Shown: piece after piece, positions 11,791 through 23,949 of the stretch
Layout: every line of letters starts with the position of its first letter
Position numbering within the stretch: the first letter of the stretch is position 1
DNA from: Octopus vulgaris
Taxonomy: Eukaryota
Assembly: GCA_951406725.2 (NCBI GenBank)
Contig: OX597816.1
Coordinates: 120,652,001 to 120,716,000, forward strand
DNA: 64,000 nucleotides
Direction of reading: 5' to 3'
Notes under the pieces: generated by a model
What the model was told of the DNA's origin: nothing
Databases searched by the model: none
Seen by the model: only the letters and a program-made list of their open reading frames with translations
Program-made: the position numbers and the translations under genes

Positions 11791-12172
11791 TGCAGGAATG
11801 TATCACTTTAACGGGGATGTTATTACAAATGAGATAAGTTACTGTATATATAAATCTATGAAAAAGAACAGAAAGAACCCCTTGACTGGAACTACTCATT
11901 GCTTACCGAATACTCACTGAATCGCTTATTGAATCTTTAAATAATTTACATTAGATTCTTAGCTGCTAATATATAATTGTTCAAAAACATGAGTCCATTC
12001 TAATCACAGAAATACTCATTGAATCAGCAGTGGTATACCTATCCAGCCATATCAGAAACACCGTTTCTCAACATGTACTATCGTCTTGGCGATGCATATG
12101 TAGTCCTTTCTGTTACGGTAAATGCTTATTGTATCTCATATCATACAATATCTATCTATCTAAACTATATAA

Positions 12173-12389
12173 TGGTTTCAAATGTTGGCTCAATGCCAGC
12201 AATATTAGGGGTGGTATAAATTGATCATATCGAGTCTAGTGCTCAACTGGTACATATTTTATCGGTCTCGAAAGGAGGAACGGCAAAGTCGATCTCAGTG
12301 GAATTTGAACTCAGGACATAAAGAGTTGTAAGAAAATGTTGCTTAAACATTTTGCCCGATGCGCTAACGATTCTACCAGCTCGCCGCCC
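12173..12389 (-). mobile_element. Nin-domain-type SINE
   Basis: aactggtac...cgaaaggaggaacggcaaagtcgatctc...gaatttgaactcag...ccagctcgccgcc. Confidence 0.8.
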
Positions 12390-12645
12390 TCTATAAGTTT
12401 ATATAATATATGTTAGAAATAGTTACAAAGGTAGCACCGTAAAGGTATGATGCTTAAATAGTAAACAGCATTTTATTCCGTCCTTCTAATTTTTTTTTAG
12501 CTCAGATCCTTCTAGGATCGATTTTCAAGAACTCTGAAATCAACCGTAACTAAAGATACAGAACACTCCTTTGAGGTATTTTCCCTCAATTATATTGTTG
12601 ATACTCATAATCAGCGTCGCTACATACAATCTATAGCCATTATGC

Positions 12646-12775
12646 ATAATTCTGATGAGTCTGGTTCGGTATGTGCAATTTCAATGACACTTCAAGAATC
12701 AATAGCTGCTTTATATATTTGTCTAATTTAGCAATATTGATGAGATCGAATTCAGATAAAACAACTGTTAATTGT
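12646..12775 (+). ncRNA. Degenerate type I hammerhead ribozyme with a long stem II insertion
   Basis: ATAATT-CTGATGA-GTCTGGTTCGGT...ATCGAATTCAGAT-aAAAC-AACT-GTT-AATTGT; stems I, II and III all pair, but the core GAAA reads AAAA. Confidence 0.55.
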
Positions 12776-12996
12776 TAATTTCCTAATTCTTTGTAATTCC
12801 AAAACTCTACGGACATTTGTGTTTGATAAAGCAATCTATCATTTACTGTCTTGCCAGACAGACTGTACCCGTGGATGAGCTTAATAGAGTAAACTCCAGG
12901 GTTAATACCCGAATGAAATTTATTATACTTGTATATCATTATATATATATTGATATATGTATCATATATGTATATATATTATATATGTATTCGTGT

Positions 12997-13028
<32 letters not shown>

Positions 13029-13153
13029 CATTTGGAGAGAGGGGTGGAGAAGAAAAGAGAGTTCCTATAAGTGAAACCGAGAGTTTGATTACCGACTCAG
13101 TTTCATGCCACTGCGATCTTCATACATGTATACATATATATATATATATATAT

Positions 13154-13400
13154 CAAAAGGATCAAAGGTCCTTCTTAAGCCACAAATCATAAGGCCGATT
13201 TTTCGGATTCTGTGGGGTATAAATTACTCCCACCCACCCCGGGCAGGATACTGGTCTGTTGCAGGAATACTCATTTTTGACAGCTGAGTAGACTGGAGCA
13301 AGATGATATGAAGTGTATTGCTCAACAGCTCAACACATTGCTCGGTCCAGGAATCGAAATCACAGTCATAACTCAAACCACAAAGCCACGGGCCTCCACT
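13154..13400 (-). mobile_element. Meta/V-domain-like tRNA SINE
   Basis: Reverse complement: ggaggcccgtggctttgtggtt (A box), tttcgattcctgg (B box), ttgagcaatacactt..gctccagtctactcagctgtcaaaaatgagta. Confidence 0.65.
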
Positions 13401-14315
13401 ATGTGTGTGTATGTGTGTACGCCTGTGTGTGAGTGTACGTGTATATATACATAAATATATGTATATATGTATATGTATATATGTATACACACATACATAT
13501 ACATATAGTTACACACACACACACACACATATATATATAGTTCACTTCTAAATTTTATCAATTCAGCAGACTATGCACCGCTAATGAGGTCTACTAAAAC
13601 CGAAAGATATGTATTGCTTTCATCAGTTGTCTGAAGTAACTAATTCCGCTCCATTCTGCATTGATAGTCCAAAGATTTACCGATCTTACTGGAGTTTTTC
13701 CTTTCCTTTTGTTTTATAATTTTAAAGAAGCCTTGGAGAAGATTTTGTTACTAATTGCTGGAATAATACCAATTGTTCAAAAGTTTCCTGGTTTGTATGT
13801 GTGTGTGTATGTGTGTTTTCTTTTTTTTAACACGCTATATTTTTAATATGTCAGCGTTATTACTATAAATCGAATAACTGACGATGAGTGACTGAAAAGT
13901 ATAAGCGTCGAAATATTTAATTATTTCCAATTACATTCTAAGTTCCTATCTCTTCAGAGTCTCATTTACCTTTCTCTCCCTTAGCATCTCTTTATAATAA
14001 TATCGGTATAAATGTTGGTTGGTTTCTTGGTCGGTTAATTTCTCCAGTCACTCTGTACAACGTATCTGGAAAGGAAAATTTAGAGAAATGTACGTATGTA
14101 TGTATGTATGTATGTATGTATGTATGTATGTATGTATGTATGTATGTATGTATGTATGTATGTATGCATGTCATTATTCAGTTTTATTTCAAAATTTCTT
14201 GTCATTAGAGAGAAAACTGGTTTCTAATCTAAATCCAAGGCTACATCATTGGAATTTCAACAGCATCAACAGTGTATTTTTGTATGTATGCATATGTGCA
14301 GACTTATATCTTTTC

Positions 14316-14340
<25 letters not shown>

Positions 14341-14348
<8 letters not shown>

Positions 14349-14604
14349 ATATTTCGGAATGGTTATTTTGCCAATTTAGCCAATAAAAACACACGCACTA
14401 TATATTTGGTGTTATTTTGCTTCAGTGTTATTTATTTTTTACATTAATCTTAATCTTATTTCGGCCAGAGTTCTTTCTGGCCGAAATAAGATTAAGATTA
14501 ATGTAAAAAATAAATAACACTGAAGCAAAATAACACCAAATATATAGTGCGTGTGTTTTTATTGGCTAAATTGGCAAAATGACCATTCCGAAATATAACA
14601 ATAT
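14341..14604. repeat. Near-perfect palindrome, 129-bp arms with one mismatch and a 6-nt loop, between (TA)n tracts
   Basis: 14341-14469 versus the reverse complement of 14476-14604; related copy at 60968-61149. Confidence 0.95.
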
Positions 14605-14663
14605 CTGTTTCAACACACGACTTCACATAAAAAATCTTGCACAACAAATATATAAACATACTA

Positions 14664-14730
<67 letters not shown>

Positions 14731-14845
14731 AATATATATATATATGATTTGGGAAAACAAATTTCCAAATCAATCGAACGTTGGGGTCTTATTTATTGTA
14801 TATTTATATATTTATCTATAAATATACAAAGTATCTGATAAACGT

Positions 14846-15023
14846 CAATATTCAATTATTTGTGATTAATCGACAAGCGGGTATTCTATTTTAGATAATA
14901 CAAAAATAACCTAATGAGTATATCTGCCAGTAAACTCATGGTATAATGTGCAAACTGATACCATGAGTTTACTGTCAGATATACTTATTAGGTTATCGAT
15001 TCATCCCAAATAATTGAGTATTG
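14846..15023. repeat. Imperfect foldback
   Basis: 14906-14944 pairs with 14958-14996; outer arms caatattcaattatttg / caaataattgagtattg. Confidence 0.85.
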
Positions 15024-15053
15024 AGTATATATAAAGAGTAAAAGAGTAAAAGA

Positions 15054-15108
<55 letters not shown>

Positions 15109-15390
15109 TACAAAAATTTATAATCTTTTTATTTTGTGTCATTATGATTAATTTATATATCATTATTTATCATTATGACACAGAAACGTTATAAAAGATG
15201 AATTATGTTTTGTATTTCTGAATTACTACTACTTGGCGGTGTGAGTTATGGCTGCTCTTTATGGACGAATGACCTGTTAGGTCACTCCTAAATTGTTATA
15301 TTTATATACTTAGTCGTTGACTATTTTCTCTTCCACTAGGCCGTTGGTAGCGATAAATTTCTATTGAATTTTTTTGCTACCCTAAATTGA

Positions 15391-15448
<58 letters not shown>

Positions 15449-15469
15449 TGTATGTATGTATGCATGTAT

Positions 15470-15935
15470 TCTCATGCATATAATTGCGTATCTAGACAAG
15501 CTCATATATGCTTAAGTGATAAACTTCTGAAAAGTTTTACGGAATTTTACAGTTCCAGTGATTGAAATGGATCTGTAGTCTTCGAATCACCTTTCTTCTT
15601 CCTGGTTTTGGGAAGCCTAATTTCTCAAAATTAGTATTTAGGTAGTATGTTACATATCCCAGTGCCCCAATAATTAAAGGTATAAACCCGAACTTATAAC
15701 CTGCAAATTTCTGAATAGTTCAATATGCATTTTTGTTTTTCACTGATTTTTAGCTTTATGTTAACGTCCTCTGGGCTGCTGATTTCCACAAGTGTACACT
15801 TATTAAGGTTTTCACTGGGACATTCCACCAGTACTATTTTTTTATTATGAGTGACTATGGCTTCCATCATACTGTAGGTTCTTATTTCTGTGTACTCGGT
15901 GTTATCCTTCTGACGGATCTCGTTATACAGCGTCC
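15470..15935 (-). mobile_element. 5'-truncated RLE-type non-LTR retrotransposon (R4/Dong/NeSL-like) 3' end
   Basis: Frameshifted minus-strand translation YWWNVPVKT...CTLVEISSPEDVNIKLKISEK...RNLQ...FIPLIIGALGY...KTFQKFIT*, a restriction-like endonuclease C-terminus, then a short 3' UTR running into (CATA)n. Confidence 0.8.
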
Positions 15936-16095
15936 TATGTATGTATGTATGTATGTATGTATGTATGTATGTATGTATGTATGTATGTATGTATGTATGT
16001 ATGTATGTATGTATGAATGTATATATGTATGTATGTATGAATGTATATATGTATGTATGTATGTATGAATGTATATATGTATGTATGTATGAATG

Positions 16096-16129
<34 letters not shown>

Positions 16130-16237
16130 TGTATGTATGTATGTATGTATGTATGTATGTATGTATGTATGTATGTATGAATGTATGTATGTATGTATGT
16201 ATGTATGTATGTATGTATGTATGTATGTATGTATGTA
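15936..16237. repeat. (TATG)n microsatellite
   Basis: Seen directly. Confidence 0.95.
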
Positions 16238-17139
16238 TTGCCAAATCGAATAATCGAACATTAAATTTGACAATAACAAAACAAGAGGACATGCACATGG
16301 AATGTATTAGTTTGACGCTCAATAAAGGTGGAAAAAAGAGGTTTTTGACGTTTCGAGCATAGTTCTTCGCTAGAAAGGAAAACGAAAAAGTCCAGAGAAG
16401 AAAAAATATCAACAGCACGTGTGTGATACACATGTATGTTTTATATGATGCTGATTATATTGAAGTGATAAGCAGAGCTGTTATAAAGTTTGTTTATATA
16501 TGTGTATGTTTTTTTTTCCTATGTATATGCATATGAGTATATGTACGTACCTTACACACCGGAGGGGACCGTCTACTTGGTCAATCGACCAGCTACATAT
16601 AGCAATCGGATACTTCTCAAATCTTATCCAACTACCTTCAAAGACAAGGGACTCATTGAAAAATGTAAAGGAAAAAAAGATAAGATGTTATCATTGGAAG
16701 GTCTTTGATAATCGGCATACCGATTCAGTACAGCTCTGCTAGTAAACAACAGATATAACACTTCATGGTCGTTCAGTGGAGTTTAATAAGCTGCAAACAT
16801 TCCAATCAGCCTCATGGTTGGCCCGCTTCCCTGGGCATACTTACCAGTGTAGGTTTTCGGACTGGATTTTTGCCGCACAAAAGCTCTCCATTTACAGTTT
16901 TGTGAATTTTCTATAATTGGATAATTTGTATACTCAATCTTGCTATATTGTTCGATGTACATATTCTGGTAACATCGTGTTTTGCTTCCATGCTTATTTT
17001 AAGCTTCATGGTTTGATTATATGCGAGATTTGTTACATTATTTGTGAGTTGTGGATATTCTCGACTCAGTGTAATTCGTAATTCTGTTGTACAAAAATTG
17101 GGGCACTTTTGTAGCCTTAGAAACACGATTTATCGCTAG

Positions 17140-17524
<385 letters not shown>

Positions 17525-18342
17525 AATAACATTTTACAGAATAATTGAAAATGAAAATAAAATTTTCATAGAAAAATGTAATAAAACAACAGTAAGGATT
17601 TTAACGAAATATTTTCCAGTACTAATTTCATTGTTTATATGCTCAGGTTGCAACTAAGTAATTATTTCTTTATTAACACAATATCTCGTAATATACTTTA
17701 ATCGTCTGTTCATCGTTTGTTCACTAGCTCTTAATGATTTTTTAATAATTATTTTTTCTTAGTGACCGTCAATGCCATCACTCAGTTGCTCGATAAATAT
17801 CACTTTTGTACCTTATTGGCATTTATTTTTCTCGTGAGTTTACGTGATCTAGGACGAGTAGTTGCAATACATTTACTACATGAGATTTTGCCATCGCTTT
17901 TATATCATTATTATTACGTGACAAGTCATTTTTGCACACGTTTCTATATACGTTCATATTTAATAAAAATCACGAAAATCCAGTAATAAAGAGAAAAGTG
18001 TGGCTTCTCCGGAATAGAGGAGGATAATAGGCAGGAAAGACGAGAGGGCTGAGAAGTGTGGGTGATTAATCACGTAATTTAGCGAGAAACATTTCAAGTG
18101 CTACAAAGTAAATTTGCTTAAAATCATAAAACTACAGATATTTTGCTCGCAAGCTATTTGTAAGTTTTCAACTGCATTTTTCAATTGGTGTATTTAGTTT
18201 GATGGCTGGAAAAATTAATCAAAAAATAATGGGAAAAAGGTTCAAAGACTGTGGGATTAGGTGAATGAAGAACACATTGTACAACTAAGGAAGGATGCTG
18301 TACCATGGCGCTGGCCCTGTTCATATACATATGTGGAGGGTG

Positions 18343-18396
<54 letters not shown>

Positions 18397-18789
18397 CCGT
18401 ACCGAAAATCTCGCTTGTTAATCTCAGAAAAATATGAAATATATATAAAAACACCACACTCACAATAAATGAAAAACGTAAGGACAGTAAAAAGGAAAAT
18501 TATTTGGTTTAACTCTTGTCTTCAAGATAAGTTAAGTTCCAACTAATTTTTCTGGTCTTTATACAACATCAACTGGAGGTAGATATTGTAGAGTTTCACA
18601 AGATTTTTTCGGAAAAGCATGTTCCAGATTCCACTCCCATACACACGCAAACACACACATCAAACGTTGAAATTCAAGTCGTCGCTATAGATGTTTTCAT
18701 CTTTTAGATATAGGAGAAATATTTTAACCATGCAAGGAAAATTGAGAATGTGTACACAAAATAATCAATATATTCATTATAATAATAGT

Positions 18790-19390
18790 TAATTTATGTT
18801 GCCTACGCGCGTTTCAGTTTTAATTATTTAAATCCATATTTATGCACTTAAATTGCATTATGAATTTGCAAAAGCAAATTGTCAAAACTCATATAGTGAA
18901 AAACCTTTGTCAGAACTAATATAGTGAAGTTATTCTACGAAGCAGTATCTAAACATTTTTCTGAGAAAAATAAATACCATAAAATTATAAATTCGCACAA
19001 GTTACTTCCCGAAACATAGCACAAATTGTATCTACACAAACTACTAAAAGATTAAATGATTTCTGTAATAATAATGGTAAAGATAATATAAATGAATTAT
19101 TAAATGACCAAAATAATGAAGAATTTAATAATAGATTGAGATACACAACAAACGAAGGAATGGAAGTAACTCTTAGAGGCACTAGAATTTAAAAATATAA
19201 GCATGAAATCTAAAAAGTGAAGAAATAATAAACAAAATACTAATAGCAAAAACGATAATAGAAATACAACCACTAATAATACATATATCAATGCTGGTAT
19301 TTATAATAGGATCAATGACCGTGTAGGAGAAAACAATGTAAACCTTAAGATAGATGAGGAAAACAATGCAAAGACGGATAGATTAATAGT
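18790..19390 (+). mobile_element. Degenerate Penelope-like element fragment (post-RT region with an Asn-rich linker)
   Basis: KHFSEKNKYHKIINSHKL...IAQIVSTQTTKRL resembles the PLE motif KHF....Y.KI.N; A/Asn-rich continuation. Confidence 0.45.
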
Positions 19391-19393
19391 TAG

Positions 19394-19710
19394 GACTTAT
19401 TCTTTGTAAGCCTAGTACTTATTCTATCGGTCTCTTTTACCGAGCCGCTAAGTGACGGGGACATAAATACACCAGCATCGGTTGTCAAGCAATGCTAGGA
19501 GGACAAACACAGACGCACAAACATACACACACACATATATACATATATAAGACGGGCTTCTTTAAGTTTCCGTCTACCAAATCCACTCACAAGGCTTTGG
19601 TCGGCCCGAGACTATTGTAGAAGACACTTGTCCAAGATGCTACGCAGTGGGACTTAACCCGGAACCATGTGGTTGATAAGCAAGCTAATTACCACACAGC
19701 TACTCCTGCG

Positions 19711-19712
<2 letters not shown>
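19394..19712 (-). mobile_element. CORE-like SINE with internal microsatellite, tail truncated
   Basis: High identity to the reverse complement of 30292-30620. Confidence 0.9.
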
Positions 19713-19743
<31 letters not shown>

Positions 19744-19934
19744 TACCACTCAGCAAACTGGAATTTATGCTGTGGGGAAGTTATTTGAAACAAGTTTTAT
19801 ATGCAGACATCAATGTCAATATTATATTTATCCGGATGAAAATTTTCTTCTTCCGCTAAGGGAATCATTCCCTAGGTTTCGGGTGTCTTTCTATCATACC
19901 TTATTTACAAATTTCTTATCATATCCGTATGAAT

Positions 19935-20686
19935 ATATGTAAGCAAATGATCGTTATAAGAATTAATTCATTAAACGGAGTTCAATAAATGTCATCAAAT
20001 AAAATTAAATGAAGCGGATTTTGTTGTTAATGATGGATTATTCATATATTCGACTATTCTAGAGAGCTGTTTATGTCAAAAAGACCATGCTATCATCAAA
20101 GAAATAATGCACAGCATTGTCATATAATGCCGTTTTGTACTCATAAGTGGATTATAATTAAAACAGTAAGACGTTTAAAATTGTTACCTTGAGATTTTTC
20201 TTTATAATCTTTATAGTAATATTTACGTCATTATACTTTAGATGTACATACCCATACCTTTTTTTTTACCAGTAAGCTAGAGATAAACGAGAGAGATATT
20301 TATTTGGATATGATAGGGAGGAAGTTAAGAGTAAACAATCAGATAACTTAGAAATATAAAAGTTACGCTTTTTAAGCCTTAGTCTTGAATTGTATTTCGT
20401 GAGTGTAATGAAGTAAGTAGATATTAATATAATAACAAAGAAAAAACTTAAGGTAATAATTTTAAACGTCTTATTGTTTTAATTATGATCTACAAAAAGA
20501 CATTATATGATAATAATATGCATTATTTCTTTGATGATATCATGGTCTTCTTAAGAGAATCAGCTCTCTGGAATAATTAATTGAATAAATTAGCAATCCA
20601 TCATTAGCAGCAAAATCTGCTTCAATCCATCTTATTTTATGACATTTATTGAACTCCGTTTAATGAATTATTATAGTGATCATTTG

Positions 20687-20696
<10 letters not shown>
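19935..20696. mobile_element. Old MITE or foldback with ~300-bp diverged inverted arms
   Basis: taagcaaatgatc...aattcattaaacggagttcaataaatgtcat...aagacgtttaaaatt pairs with aattttaaacgtctt...atgacatttattgaactccgtttaatgaatt...gatcatttgctta. Confidence 0.85.
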
Positions 20697-20723
<27 letters not shown>

Positions 20724-20914
20724 AGTAAATATTCAAGCGAATATTCATATAGATATTTTATTGTTATTACTATTAACGGCAAATATAAATAACTGATAAT
20801 AATAACAACAAAAATATAGGTGGTAGCAAGCAATAATAGCATTAAATAGCTGGAGAATAAAATTTATATTAGCTCCTCCTTCTATCAAGTGGGCGTCTCG
20901 TGTGCCCTCTATTA

Positions 20915-20975
<61 letters not shown>

Positions 20976-22013
20976 ACAATTACAGGAATGATTTCATTGT
21001 AAATTGCTTCAAATTTATCATGAGCAAAATCAGACCAAAGAACAATGTGACGGCATTTTAACAGAAGATGAATGATATATAAGTAATTAGCAACTAGAAC
21101 AGCATTGAATACTCCATCACTACACTAGTTTCCACTATGAATGAGCAAGTCTATAAATTTCTTTGGGATGTGAAAATTTAAAGACAATTTTTATCATTGT
21201 CTTCCAATACATATTCTCCTCTGGCTGTTAGATGTGGCTTGTCTTATAAGACTGTCACCTCTAGAATCTTCGTGCTTTCATTAAAACTTCTCCATCAAAG
21301 CTTCTCTTTTTTCCCAAGATAATTTCAGTTTGATACTGATTGATGTCTGTTCCTCTTTCTCTCATTCTATATACTGTCTTTTCGGCTTCAAAGCATACTA
21401 GATCAGGTGCGGGATTGTAGTAACTTTTTGAATTTTATTTCTGTCAGAAGAAATTCTAATTTTATATATCGAGAACATGTCACATTATCAATATATGACA
21501 TCATTGACAGCTCTGCTCTAACTCATGAAAACCCATTAAGAATTAGCTTACATTTTCCTCTTCTACTCAACACAAATTCCTTCTCAGCTGTGGGTAGAAA
21601 TAATCGATATCACGCAGCCATATTGCCTGACTGGTGGTTAACCTGAAGCTTTTATGTCATCAAAATTATATTAAATAATAATCAAAGATCAGATATGAGT
21701 TAACAGAAAATAACTATTCAGCAAAATATATTTACAAAAGTCATTCTATGAAAAGTTATTTCGATGAGACGTATCAGTGCGACATGTGTGTGTATGTGTG
21801 TGTGTTTGTATGTGTGCGTATTTGTATGTGTGTGCATGTGTGAAAGTGTACATGTATGAATATCTGGATGGAAGGATCATACGTAAAAAAGAAACAGAAA
21901 TAAGATAATTTGACAGCGATGACCGTACTCGTGTAATAAATTGATAGTCACCACCGTGGTGGGTGGATGAATGTTTTGTGTATACATAGCTGTGTTCTGT
22001 AAGATATATGTAC

Positions 22014-22345
22014 AGGAATGTCTGCGTGGTTAAGAAGTTCGGTTTACAAGTATCTGGTTTTGGAGTTCGATCCCACTACGTGGTAACTTGGGTAGGTGTT
22101 TTCTTATACAGTCTCGGACAGACAAATGGCATGTGAGTGAAACTGGTAATCAGAAACTGATTTGCGCTCACTTCGACACCTGACGTGTGGCACACAATGC
22201 ACCTATTCAGACAACGTCGATTCGATGGAGAGAGTGAGCTGATGTACGGCACGAACATTTGATCACTGTAAACAAATCATTTTTGCAGGTCATTCCCCAA
22301 AAACTAAACGCTCATACGTCGTCTTCGACGAGAGAGCCCATCATC
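22014..22345 (+). mobile_element. SINE with a CORE-like head and a different 3' tail
   Basis: gcgtggttaagaag (A box), gttcgatcccact (B box), cttgggtaggtg core; sequence after cagaaactga is unrelated to the 30292 tail. Confidence 0.6.
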
Positions 22346-22400
22346 ATATATATACATATGTATTTACACATACTATAAATGCATTCATATATATATATAC

Positions 22401-22527
<127 letters not shown>

Positions 22528-23493
22528 ACCAGTATGGCTGAAGTCAAATTTCTGAAACAAATAAAAAAAAATATATGAGTAAATATATGTAAAAGCTCAA
22601 GTGTATTGTCCATATATTTCATATATTTGAAATTTCAAGCAGACTCACATATTCAATTCACAGAATTCATCTCTAAAAACAAAACAAAAAACCCCTAAAA
22701 AAACAAACAAACAAAAATAAAAGACCGTCCGCACGATTGGCAAGCCTACAATCAACGACTATCCATTTCTTCTCTATTTTATTTGCTTCATTCTAATGTT
22801 TATCTCTGCATCTATAACAGTAACTGTAAATTTGAAGGTACAGCTTTTTTTTTCTCTCTCTTTAATCTCCATCTAAACCTATTCATTGCACCAGTCACTC
22901 CTTTGCCTAATCCATCGAATGAAGAAATTTTAAATGTATCTTTCTGCAAGATCTTCTCTGCCAGATATTTTCACTTCAACCACTAAACATGAAAAAATTC
23001 AAACTCAACACTAACTGCATTCATCTCACTTAGTTCTCTCAGTACGAGAGTTTCAAAAACAGCTCCTGATTTCTCATCCTATAACTGAAAAATAAAAAGA
23101 AAGAAAAAGACAAAAAAAAAAAGAAAGAAACCACTTGATATGTTATTCTTCAAAACATAAACAAACTGTAGTGTAATTTTTCTTCATTTATATATTATAA
23201 AATAATGTTTAGCCAGTAGTAAATACCTTAAGAAATCATAACTTTTGCTTTGATATTTGTGAAATGTTTATATAACAAACATAATTTGTGACATATTGAA
23301 CTGTATAACATGTTGAAGTCGTGATGAGAGAACCAGTCAGTACATGTGCAATAACTGAAACAAGTAAATGTGAAATTTAGCATATTAAAATCAAACAGTG
23401 TGGTTAATTACTTTCGAGTTCACAATATTGTACAGCTACTTAGTGAGTGCTTTATTTTTCGTGTTATTTTATATTAGATTTATTTATATCATC

Positions 23494-23563
<70 letters not shown>

Positions 23564-23949
23564 TTTTGCTGTGAAGTAGACTCTTAGATTCTTTCGTCAC
23601 TACTTTAACATGCCTATGCTTCGCTGAAGAGCTCTAATCAAACCGACACATGTCGGAGTTGGCTCGCGTACTTGCAGAAATAAATAAAGCGATATTAGTC
23701 ATTGATCAAATGTTGTCTTTTTCTTTTACCTCCTATTTTCAATAAGAGTTTTTTATGCTAATACACAAAACGTTAGCGCTAACTTAACCATTGCTTTTCA
23801 GGTGGGTGGGGTTTCAAAATAATTATTTTCTGTGATTTATACGCATACATAAGTGTATACATCTATTTATTCATGTATGAATGTATATATAAATGTACAG
23901 GAATATATATATATAAATAAAATATGATAAATGCGAAAACTAATTACTA

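Noticed and set aside
20990-21660. Possible old RTE-like RT fragment
   Set aside because: Only a vague resemblance near 21180-21300; too degenerate to call
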